A DNA stretch of 20,000 nt, from assembly GCF_000181795.1 (NCBI RefSeq), contig NW_003526947.1:523259-543258 (forward strand), read 5' to 3'. How positions within the stretch are numbered: position 1 is the stretch's first letter; every line of letters begins with the position of its first letter. Positions 9,331 to 20,000 of the stretch are shown here, in pieces. The notes below the pieces were generated by a model. That model saw nothing but the letters and a program-made list of their open reading frames with translations, was not told the DNA's origin and ran no database searches. Both the position numbers and the translations under genes were made by a program. Origin of the DNA: Trichinella spiralis. Taxonomy: Eukaryota.

Positions 9331-10851
9331 AAGCTGATTCGAACAGCAGCACTGTTTTTAATAATATTCGCTTTTATAAATAATTTCAATAGAAATGTTG
9401 TTCTCTGTTTTAATGTCAAAAATTTTTGAAAATAAAATTTACTATATTTTGTATTGTTTTTAAATAGATTTAATGGAAATTTTCAAATTTGTAAGCACTG
9501 CTATATACATTTTTGCCTTAGAATTAGCAGTTTTTGTGGTTAGGGCTTAAAAATGAAAATCCAGTCGTTGAAACGGCAAGAAATGGGAAAATATTGTTAC
9601 ACAGCTTAATCATTTCCTTTCTAGCGCTGCTTTGATAGTTAATTTTTGAAATTCAGCTGTTGCTGAAAATTCTCTCTTCTGCATAAAATTCAACCTGACG
9701 AACACACACGTTTATCCAAACGTTCTTGAATTCGCATATGAGCTTCATTTGTCAAAATAGAATTTCATTTCTCATCAACGGAATTCAATATAAAAATTGA
9801 ATTATTGCATTACGTTTTTAATTTAATTATCAACACTTCAGAAGCATTTGTTTGATAAAAATTTACATATTTTGAAAATCACGGAACACTGAATGATATT
9901 ATGCTTTACTATCATTTTGTAAATAATCTAATATTTAATCGACGTGCATCAGTAGATGAACAGTTAAATATTTTGAACTGCTTTTCGGTAAGATGATGGA
10001 ATTTGTGTTTAGGTGGTGTTAAAAATTTTCTCGCTTAATTTCTGATGGTTATTAACAACTGCCTTTTGTCTGCTTTTTGGGACAAGCAAATTTCCTTTCT
10101 GTTAATATTTTATCGTGTTGAGCTATTTAATAGTTGTCAAACGTTCATTAATTCCGCTTCTAGGATAGCAGAGGTTAGTAATTAGATAGATCAGCCCAAT
10201 TATGCGATAGGCAGAAGAATGACTCTTTCGCATTTTCCATATGCAGCTAATTGAAGCTGAATTCAAGTACCACAAGTGACGTGATTGAAAAATTCTGAAC
10301 AAGCAAAATGGTAATGTATTTTGTTTTAAAAATTCTATTGATTTCTCATCATGCACGTGGCTATTTCTTACGGCATGGAAAGTTACATGGCAGCACTCTG
10401 AATTCCTGCATTAAATTAAAATTAATTGTTTTATTGTACATTTTCTGTGGAATGTATTCCTTTTTTGAAAAAGCCATTTTTGAATCTGAAGTACGAAGCA
10501 TTAAAAAGTAATTTTTTATTTCTGAATAATTTTTTAGAAGGGTTTAGATTTTCATATTTAGGCAGTTTAAAGTGCACTTGGCTTGTATTATAACTAAATT
10601 GTAGATTTTCTTTCATCAGACTTTAAAATACGAAATGATAAATAATGCTAATGTTTTGATACTTTGCGTAAACATTGATAATTTATGACTATCTTTTCAG
10701 TGATTTTCAATTTTGCACGTTATATGACAGTTTTGAACTTCGAAGATACATGAATTGCCGATTATAATGGTTAATAGAAATATTTGATTGCTTCATCAAC
10801 TCGAATTATGTTATCCGAAGGCAAACTGAAATGAAGCTTGTTTCCCTGACA

Positions 10852-10937
10852 TCGAAATGTATTTGTGAGATCTCGCTATTTGTTTGCCTTTCTGTTAACA
10901 TCCACCAAAATTATGTCGGCCCAGCGGAGTGAACAAT
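10852..10937 (+). repeat. Short repeat Z (probable 5' part of the family X element)
   Basis: Matches 13551-13636 and 15602-15687 (aaattatgtcggcccagcgga.tgaacaat). Confidence 0.85.
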
Positions 10938-11895
10938 TTAAGTAGTACTTGTTCACCAATTCATTTCATGGAAAACTCTATGTAAGTGCTATGCAATCAC
11001 TTTTGCGTCATTCGTAGAAATAATTTTTGGCTAACGGTATGCTGAGAGTGAATGGTGGTGCGTTTTCAATGGAAAGACGGTCGTAGGTCCTTAAATTAGA
11101 TATGATTTTTTGTTCATTTTATTATAATTTCTAGAAATTTTTTGTCGTGGTATGGAACTGCATATAAAGAAGGATGGATCTTAACCAAATGGAGACGCTA
11201 ATTTAGTTAAGTCTCATTTTTCTTCACTTATTTCGTTTTTTTTACAGTAATGTAATTTCTGAAATTTCACGTCTAAGATGACAAGCCCTTTATTTGGAAA
11301 ATTTTATGGATGTAGAATAGTCAAAATATTCCATTATAAATGAGATATGTGCAAAATGTGTCAATGTTTACGATTAGCAGCAATTAAAATTTCAGTTTGT
11401 CCAGATATTCTTTGTCGAGATACGCTACGTGAAGCTACTTGTTATTTGAGTTAACGGGACTTGTTGTATTTGAAAAGAGTAAAGTAGTAAAGGCCAATTT
11501 TACGATAAATGATTGATTTATCCATGCATTAGATATTTAAAGCATAGAATAAAATTGTAAGAAAAGAAGAATAAAAAAAGTACAGTAATTTGAATGCTTT
11601 CATGGCAAGTTTATGCAAATACAGCGGTTGAAGAAGTATGTATGGATGAGGAAATTGAGAAAATGAACTCTGCAAAATATTTGAATAGCCATTAGAAACT
11701 ATTTGCCATACTCAATTAAGTGTACAATTTCAATTTTGCAATTATCAAATTTGAATTTGAAAAATAACTTCTACTCTAATTAATTTAACACTATGAGTGT
11801 CACTTTAAACAAGTGAGTGTCATTTGAAAATTAATTTTTTCAATAAAAATAGCCATAAATGCGGATAATGAAAAATGTTATAAGGCATTTTTATT

Positions 11896-12136
11896 CCATT
11901 CCTACTGGCAGGTAGAATGGTTGATTGTTCTTCATCTACTGCCGGCCGATATAGCAAAATCAGCACGCCTAGAAGGGGTCAGAACGCGTAGTGTACAAAT
12001 ACACTAAAACCTATGTTGCCTACTGAATTAGCCTGAAAGCGGCTGAAAATAACAAAATCAGCACGCCTAGAAGGCATTCAGTTCTAACCCCAATGGTCAG
12101 CTGAGTATTGCAACCAAAATACAAGGCTGCAATCTC
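11896..12136. ncRNA. Candidate structured RNA, copy 2
   Basis: Identical to 7927-8167. Confidence 0.35.
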
Positions 12137-12836
12137 GAAGATGTGCAGCAGAATTAGATAATAAAGTAAAGACAAATAAAAAGACATTTGATTCCGCCAA
12201 GTGGAAGATAAATTCCACCTTTTATAAAGGCGTTAAAGCTATATATTTGCTAAATAATTGCGCTTCAACTGAGCATTACAGATATAAAAGTAAAAACAAG
12301 ACAGCTACTGAATGATTAATGTAGGAGTTGAATAAAAAATTATGATACAATTTCAGTCGATAGCTGTGGTGAATAAAATATAAATTACTGTTGAAACTGA
12401 AAGATAAGTTCAATTTTGGCAAGATTACAATAAGCAAGAAAGTGGTCAGCATTGCTCGCTATCAATGACAAAGAGCAACACAATTCTAATTCCTTTTTTC
12501 TTTCCCACCCCCTTTAAAAGCTAAATTACAAAAATTTGATTGTCTGTTCAAGTACTGTACTGTACTTGTAATTTGAATAAACAGGACTTGCTGCATTTGA
12601 AAAGAGTAATGTAATAAAGGTCAATTTTACGATAAATGATTGATTTATCCATGCATTAGATGTATGAAGCATAGAAGAAAATTGTAAGAAAAGAAGAAAA
12701 AGAAAAAAGTACTGTTATTTGAATGGTTTCATGGCAAGTTTATGCAAATATAACAGTTGAAGACGTATGTATTGATGAGAAATTGAGAAAATTAATTCTG
12801 TAAATATTTGATAACCATTAGAAACTATTTCCCATA

Positions 12837-12846
12837 NNNNNNNNNN
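12837..12846. other. Assembly gap (N10)
   Basis: Ns; flanks show single-base dropouts relative to the other copies. Confidence 1.
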
Positions 12847-13021
12847 AAAATAACTTTTCTTTAAATAATTAACATTAGAGTGTACTTTAACAAGTCAGTG
12901 CTGTCATTTAACAAGTTTGAATGCCAAATTGTTTAAACACTTTAAAGCATGAGTTACGTCTTGTATGCCGCGTTCTTTAGTTCTTATCAAAGTTCGAGCT
13001 TGATAGTTGCATTAAATTGCG

Positions 13022-13252
13022 ATGTGGAAGGAAGGTACTTTCGCGCTTTTCGTGCTTTCCGCTTTGTGCGTGTTGGTCGCATTTGGGTATATGATTTACA
13101 GAGCAGTAAAGTTGGGGAAGAAGGAAAGAAAAAAGAAGATCCAGCAGACAAAGCAAAACGTGAATAAATTCCTTGACTTGCTACCACCACCGGGACAGAC
13201 GGCGCCGTTGGACAGTGAAATTCTTCAACAAATGCTTGAGCAGTCGTCATGA
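13022..13252 (+). CDS. Hypothetical 76-aa single-pass membrane protein, copy 2
   Basis: Same protein as 9100-9330. Confidence 0.6.
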   Translation: MWKEGTFALFVLSALCVLVAFGYMIYRAVKLGKKERKKKIQQTKQNVNKFLDLLPPPGQTAPLDSEILQQMLEQSS

Positions 13253-13879
13253 AAGCTGATTCGATCAGCAGCACTGTTTTTAATATTCGCTTTCTATAAA
13301 TAATTTCAATAGAAATGTTGTTCTTTGTTTTAATGTCAAAAATTCTTGAAAATAAAATTTACTATATTTTGTTTTGTTTTTAAATAGATTTAATGGAAAT
13401 TTTCAAATTTGTAAGCACTGCTATATACATTTTTGCCTTAGAATTAGCAGTTTTTGTGGTTAGGGCTTAAAAATGAAAATCCAGTCGTTGAAACGGCAAG
13501 AAATGGGAAAATATTGTTACATAGTTTAATCATTTCCTTGTTTTCCGGGAATCGAAATGCATTTGTGAGACTTCAGTATTTGTTTTCCTTTCAGCTAACA
13601 TACACCCAAATTATGTCGGCCCAGCGGATTGAACAATGGGACCAAAATTATTAATTTCTTCAAAACAAAACGTAAGCGTTATAAGTGTTTACTTTTCCAA
13701 AAAGCAAACATTTCATGGGATCCATTTACGGTTACCATCTTTTTCATTCATGAAACTCATAATTGATACCACATGTGTGGCTATTTGAATTTACTTTTGC
13801 TAAGTTATGAGGATGCAATGGCCATTTGCATAAGTAGTACAATATGTAGTCGCCCAGGGTGAAACTTCATAATATATGC

Positions 13880-13889
13880 NNNNNNNNNN
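13880..13889. other. Assembly gap (N10)
   Basis: Ns; the following ~200 nt are rich in apparent indel errors. Confidence 1.
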
Positions 13890-15930
13890 AAAATGTATAA
13901 GGCATTTTATCATCCTACTGGCAGTAGAATGTTGATGTCTCATCTACTGCGCCGATTATAGCAAAATCAGCACGCTAGAAGGGTCAGAACGCGTAGTGTA
14001 CAAAATACACTAAACTATGTTGCTACTGAATTAGCTGAAAGGCGGCTGAAAAATAACAAAATCAGCACGCTAGAAGGCATTCAGTTCTAACCCCCAATGG
14101 TCAGCTGAGTATTGCAACCAAAATACAAGGCTGCAATCTCGAAGATGTGCAGCAGAATTAGATAATAAAGTAAAGACAAATAAAAAGACATTTGATTCCG
14201 CCAAGTGGAAGATAAATTCCACCTTTTATAAAGGCGTTAAAGCTATATATTTGCTAAATAATTGCGCTTCAACTGAGCATTACAGATATAAAAGTAAAAA
14301 CAAGACAGCTACTGAATGATTAATGTAGGAGTTGAATAAAAAATTATGATACAATTTCAGTCGATAGCTGTGGTGAATAAAATATAAATTACTGTTGAAA
14401 CTGAAAGATAAGTTCAATTTTGGCAAGATTACAATAAGCAAGAAAGTGGTCAGCATTGCTCGCTATCAATGACAAAGAGCAACACAATTCTAATTCCTTT
14501 TTTCTTTCCCACCCCCTTTAAAAGCTAAATTACAAAAATTTGATTGTCTGTTCAAGTACTGTACTGTACTTGTAATTTGAATAAACAGGACTTGCTGCAT
14601 TTGAAAAGAGTAATGTAATAAAGGTCAATTTTACGATAAATGATTGATTTATCCATGCATTAGATGTATGAAGCATAGAAGAAAATTGTAAGAAAAGAAG
14701 AAAAAGAAAAAAGTACTGTTATTTGAATGGTTTCATGGCAAGTTTATGCAAATATAACAGTTGAAGAAGTATGTATTGATGAGGAAATTGAGAAAATTAA
14801 TTCTGTAAAATATTTGAATAACAATTAGAAACTATTTCCCATACACAATTAAGTGTTCAGTTTCAATTTTGCAATTATCAAATTTGAATTAAAAATAACT
14901 TCTACTTTAAATAATTTAACATTATGAGTGTTACTTTAAACAAGTCAGTGCTGTCATTTAAACAAGTTTGAATGCCAAATTGTTTAAACACTTTAAAGCA
15001 TGAGTTACGTCTTGTATGCCGCGTTCTTTAGTTCTTATCAAAGTTCGAGCTTGATAGTTGCATTAAATTGCGATGTGGAAGGAAGGTACTTTCGCGCTTT
15101 TCGTGCTTTCCGCTTTGTGCGTGTTGGTCGCATTTGGGTATATGATTTACAGAGCAGTAAAGTTGGGGAAGAAGGAAAGAAAAAAGAAGATCCAGCAGAC
15201 AAAGCAAAACGTGAATAAATTCCTTGACTTGCTACCACCACCGGGACAGACGGCGCCGTTGGACAGTGAAATTCTTCAACAAATGCTTGAGCAGTCGTCA
15301 TGAAAGCTGATTCGATCAGCAGCACTGTTTTTAATATTCGCTTTCTATAAATAATTTCAATAGAAATGTTGTTCTTTGTTTTAATGTCAAAAATTCTTGA
15401 AAATAAAATTTACTATATTTTGTTTTGTTTTTAAATAGATTTAATGGAAATTTTCAAATTTGTAAGCACTGCTATATACATTTTTGCCTTAGAATTAGCA
15501 GTTTTTGTGGTTAGGGCTTAAAAATGAAAATCCAGTCGTTGAAACGGCAAGAAATGGGAAAATATTGTTACATAGTTTAATCATTTCCTTGTTTTCCGGG
15601 AATCGAAATGCATTTGTGAGACTTCAGTATTTGTTTTCCTTTCAGCTAACATACACCCAAATTATGTCGGCCCAGCGGATTGAACAATGGGACCAAAATT
15701 ATTAATTTCTTCAAAACAAAACGTAAGCGTTATAAGTGTTTACTTTTCCAAAAAGCAAACATTTCATGGGATCCATTTACGGTTACCATCTTTTTCATTC
15801 ATGAAACTCATAATTGATACCACATGTGTGGCTATTTGAATTTACTTTTGCTAAGTTATGAGGATGCAATGGCCATTTGCATAATTAGTACAATATGTAG
15901 TCGCCCAGGGTGAAACTTCATAATATATGC
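13890..15930 (+). repeat. Cassette copy 3 (possibly redundant with copy 2)
   Basis: Almost identical to 11872-13879 away from the gap edges. Confidence 0.93.
15073..15303 (+). CDS. Hypothetical 76-aa single-pass membrane protein, copy 3
   Basis: Same protein as 9100-9330. Confidence 0.58.
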   Translation: MWKEGTFALFVLSALCVLVAFGYMIYRAVKLGKKERKKKIQQTKQNVNKFLDLLPPPGQTAPLDSEILQQMLEQSS

Positions 15931-16390
15931 TGGGAAAATAAATAAATTCACAACTGATGTCAAATTATAGGGCTCGTGCATGGTAATTGTTCGAAGCTTT
16001 AGAGGTATGAACTAGTAAGTACAGAGGAAGTTATTCCATGCTTGTCATGAACTGCAATGTTTTGTGAAATAATTTTGTGATTACAGCAACCAATTCTATG
16101 CAAATTAAAGGTATGTAAATTTTTAATAACCTGAAATAGATGATTTTTGAGAAATTGGATAAATTTACCGGTTTTAGCATTTGAAATTTATAGAATTAAA
16201 AGACTGGAATATTGAACTAAAATAGCGTTCCAATGTGATAATTTAGACAATTCTTATCTCTGAACCTAAAAATTCAGTGTAAAAAGGCTTTTAATTTTGA
16301 AAGTTCCTGTTTCATAAATGAAAATCAGAAACAATTCTTATTAAAGTAGTTTCCTTTTTACGGGTGAAAAAATCTGATAGTTTCGTTGTA
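15727..16390 (+). repeat. Diverged repeat family X, second full copy
   Basis: Aligns to 7011-7685. Confidence 0.85.
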
Positions 16391-16588
16391 AAAAATAAAG
16401 ATGCCTTTCCATATGTACATTTATTTAACTTTTATTTTCCATTCCTTTTTATTCGACTTTTTTAATTATTTCTTCGACTCTGTTAAAACTCTATTTTGGT
16501 TTCAATTTTTTCACATATCTCAACAAATACGAAATCAAGCGGCGTCCGGATAATTTCACAATAGTCAGCAAATAATTCTCTACCGATA

Positions 16589-17020
16589 TAAATCAATTGC
16601 ATTAATTTTTGGAGAAAAAAATTTTTCTCGAAAATTGCAAAATTTCATGGACTATAGACTGGGTTGTTTTTGCAAAAATCGGCGAAATGTTTGTTTTCGA
16701 AATTTGGAATTTTTTTGATTTTTTTAGTGTCATATTCATAAAATAAAGTGTTTTCTAGAGCTTCAATCTACTCTACGCAGTTGTTGTGGAACAAATGGCG
16801 TCTGAATTTCGAATACTGCTTCTCTTAATACATGGGTATGCTTCCCACTTTTTTCTGGATTTCTCGATAATTGCAAAATTTCATGTAGTATACACTTGAT
16901 TGTTTTACCAAAAATGAGCGAAAAATTTTTTTTCAAAATTTATGCTTTTTTGTTCGTTATACTCTTATATTAATAAAAGATAGTGTTTTGGAGAATTTCT
17001 CCAGAAACTGCCTAGTAAAT
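16589..17020 (+). repeat. Dispersed repeat family Y, two tandem diverged copies
   Basis: 16589-16808 and 16855-17020 both align to 5485-5700. Confidence 0.8.
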
Positions 17021-17471
17021 TTCAGGATGCTGTAAGCAATAAAGAAAAGTCAGTAGCGAATTTTATTTTAAGAAGATACTTCTGATTGCTCGATTATTCA
17101 AACATTTGCGATAAATCTACACAAAATCATTTTTCTTGCATACTTATTTACTCTCTGTGTTTCGTTTCTCTTCTTTTCCTTCCCACTTATATCGTATTTC
17201 TCTGCCTTCACTGTTTTCGATAAATAGCCAAAAATATTTTATACAAATTTCAACTTTTTGTGATTGGTAGATGTTTGCAGTAATGAATAACATCGTTATG
17301 GATAGTTTCAATGCACTCTGCCCAATAATTTCGTTATAAATTGCCTCTAAAGTTAGCGCATTCTGCTTATCTCAATACGTAGGAAAGTTGCCAATCTGTA
17401 ACTTCCTAGAAAGGCATCTAGCATACGTGATTTTCAGCGAACATAGCACTTTTGGCATTTGATTTGGTTAT

Positions 17472-17698
17472 GCACTAAAATTCAACAACAGCGATTATTA
17501 ACTGATCGTGTCCTTAGTCCTACGGATTTTCACCATTCACCCAGTCGCCGCAGCCTGCGCAGAACGAAGCTTTACTGCAGTGAAATATCTTAAAAGCTAT
17601 TTCTGGACTACCATGACTGAAGAACGACTAAACGGATTTGCCGTGATGTGTACATTCATTCTGACTTTTCCATTGATATTGACCTGGTAACAGAAAAG
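17472..17698 (+). mobile_element. Decayed hAT-family transposase fragment (C-terminal dimerisation domain, THAP12/ZMYM1-like)
   Basis: ALKFNNSDY*LIVSLVLRIFTIHPVAAACAERSFTAVKYLKSYFWTTMTEERLNGFAVM then, after a 2-nt frameshift at 17649-17650, YIHSDFSIDIDLVTEK. Fits the hAT dimerisation pattern P.....ERSFS....K...R.TM...RL..L. In-frame stop at 17499-17501. Confidence 0.88.
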
Positions 17699-20000
17699 TC
17701 TTTTTTTCAAACGGAATCAAAACTTGTCGTTCTTTCGAAATACAATTAAAATTATTACTTGGAAAGTTATTCTATCACGTGATTGAGATACCAATTATTT
17801 TTAATGAAAAAACGGTATTATTTTATTCTTCGTCAGACTGTCATGTATAATTATACATGTGCATGATAAATTTTTTGTATACTACATCCGCCCATCTTTA
17901 TAAATTAAACGCCTCTGTATGTTTTACATTGAATGAAGGAATATAATTTGTTTTTACAAAATTATATAAATGCACTTTCGGTTTCATTTCTACTTCAAAA
18001 TTAATTTTCTGCTAGTAAAGTGTGGTTCTACCGCACAGGATTTCATAAAACAAGACATCTGTCTTGCATTATCCTCAACCTCAGTACACACTACTGATCG
18101 TAGCATTTCAAGCATATTCAGATTTTTATGGAAGTGTCAGTTACGCAAGAATGTTAGTGCAAAATGCAGTTAAGAGAAACATTTCCTGCAGCAGTTTTAT
18201 AAAAAAACGACTGACTGAGGCTATGAGGGAGGAGATAGTAGGGGTGGCGGGTGGATGACGGACTTGGGAGCTGAAATGGATGTTCGAAGAGGGGAAGCTG
18301 GAGAAGAGGTTTTTAGTGTGTATGTGTGATTTATATAAGAATCAGACATGCAAGGTGAACGAATAAAACACGTCGTAGTGACAGCCATTCACACCTGGGA
18401 CTCAGAAATTTTCGTATGATAAAGTAGGCAGAATTTTTGCATAAATAGGTGCAAAATAAGGAAGCGGTTTAAAGGAAGTGCATTTGTAGCGGCTACTGGA
18501 AAATTGTATCTGTTAATCAGGTTGGCCTTTTTGTTGGGCTGACAGGGGAATGTGAAGCTTGCAGAAAATCATCAGATGTCTCATTGTTCGCAAGCAAGCA
18601 CAAAAGGCAAAAATCACAACGACATTAAAATATATCTGAAATTCAGACATAAATCACAAAGCAATAAATTAAGTGTATATGAAAATCTGCAAGTAATAAT
18701 TTAACTGATGACAGCCGGCTTGACTGCAGCACAGCTTCAATGTTGTCTGTGAAATAAATACAAGTCTCATTTTACACAAATGACGTAAATCCAGCAGACA
18801 GTTTCATTTTGCATGAGTACAGAATGCAAAGTATGAAAAGGAAATAAAGCAGATGGAAAGAGAACGAGTAAAAGTATCTTTTATAATATGAAATTAAATT
18901 ACACTTCAAAAATAAAATCACGGAAAGATAATTAATAATTGAAGATACAGTAAGATACATTATTTAAATTGCCAAATTAATGATAAGAAGGTTACTAAGT
19001 AATACACAAGGAGAGGAATGCATAGTTATTACTTTATTACGGTGCTGTTCGATAAACGGTGGCGCAGCGTAACCAAGGTGCAAGTGCAAGATGCCAAATT
19101 CAGGTGAACATTTAATACTGAAATTTATTATTCTGATGTTTTGCTATAAATGCATGTATATTTAAGTATTTAAGCACTTTTCAATTTCGAGATGCGTAAA
19201 ACTTGAAGTAATTTTAGAACAAAATTCTCAATTACATATAGTTGAACATTGACGGTTTTGAAAAAATCCATATTTCAATTTGCTATTTTAGGTAATCGTC
19301 TAAATTTAATTGGAGAAGAAGATAAAATTTTCAATTTACACTTGCTTATGGCATTCAATTTCATTCTCAACTTAGCATGTCGAATATCACTAATCGTATA
19401 AAGTTATCTATTATGCAGGACAGAAAAATGCCGCTTTCATACAGAAATCATTTTCAGTTTAATTTTATTTTCACTTTGTATTTTTTTCTAAATTTTTCAC
19501 GATGAAGACATTAGATAAATCAAAATTTTTATATAGTTAATTATGCTTGGCATACAGCGCAACTAGTGTGCTCAATCATTGTTTATTTTTTGTTGACATT
19601 ATGTTCTAATTCATATTAGAGTAGCATATCCAACTTACGAAAGCCGGTGTTTAACGCTACGTGCGCAGTGCCTGTCTTTTATGCAAATTGGCGGTTTGAA
19701 AATTAACTTCATATTAGCAGAGTGCGAGTTAAATTGACTTTGCTGACTAGCAGAAGCTTTGAACGATATTTGCTCAATCTATTTGTGCTTTAACTACTGA
19801 GTAAGGTGTGTTAATAGATATAGAAGAATCTTATCTTTTCAAACAAAGGCGTGGTGCAGCTTCATCTGAAATTTCCATACAATTTCAATTTGTTTGCTTT
19901 TGAGCTTATGCGTGGCCTGCATAATATTTGTTCAACGAAATGAAATACGTTTCATACTTGTTAATCAGTAGAAATGAACTTTATGTAAATTTTCCTGAGG

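Larger units (their letters stand above)
7693..9619 (+). repeat. ~1.9-kb cassette, copy 1 (partial R, structured island, spacer, R, 76-aa ORF)
   Basis: Highly similar to 11662-13539 (offset 3969 before the gap) and to 13890-15590. Confidence 0.97.
11436..13879 (+). repeat. Cassette copy 2 (R, structured island, R, ORF, Z, start of X), interrupted by a gap
   Basis: Direct match to copies 1 and 3. Confidence 0.95.

Noticed and set aside
9065..9352. 95-aa minus-strand ORF (also 12987-13274 and 15038-15325)
   Set aside because: Non-ATG start, antisense shadow of the 76-aa ORF, and inter-copy differences change amino acids in this frame (F/I, S/N)
13454..13654. 66-aa ORF (also 15505-15705)
   Set aside because: Non-ATG start, spans the junction between the cassette and repeat Z, and is not intact in copy 1
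17970..18960. Short ORFs at 17970-18258 and 18772-18960 (likewise 5109-5300, 7334-7540, 10123-10616)
   Set aside because: No recognisable motifs or consistent splice structure; composition typical of chance ORFs in AT-rich DNA

Overview
AT-rich eukaryotic (invertebrate) genomic DNA from a draft assembly with two N10 gaps. The short GT-AG introns and overall style suggest a nematode, possibly Trichinella-like (inference only). Bases 17-3041 hold the last 12 coding exons (531 codons plus stop) of an NPR-type receptor guanylyl cyclase on the + strand. The centre (about 7.7-15.9 kb) is a repeated ~1.9-kb cassette, seen three times although the third copy may be an assembly duplication. Each cassette has three parts: a relatively GC-rich, densely hairpinned ~240-nt island with an internal 22-bp direct repeat (candidate structured ncRNA), ~390-bp direct repeats flanking that island, and an intronless 76-codon ORF for an unrecognised single-pass membrane protein. 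Older dispersed repeats, a decayed hAT transposase fragment and microsatellites make up the other recognisable features.
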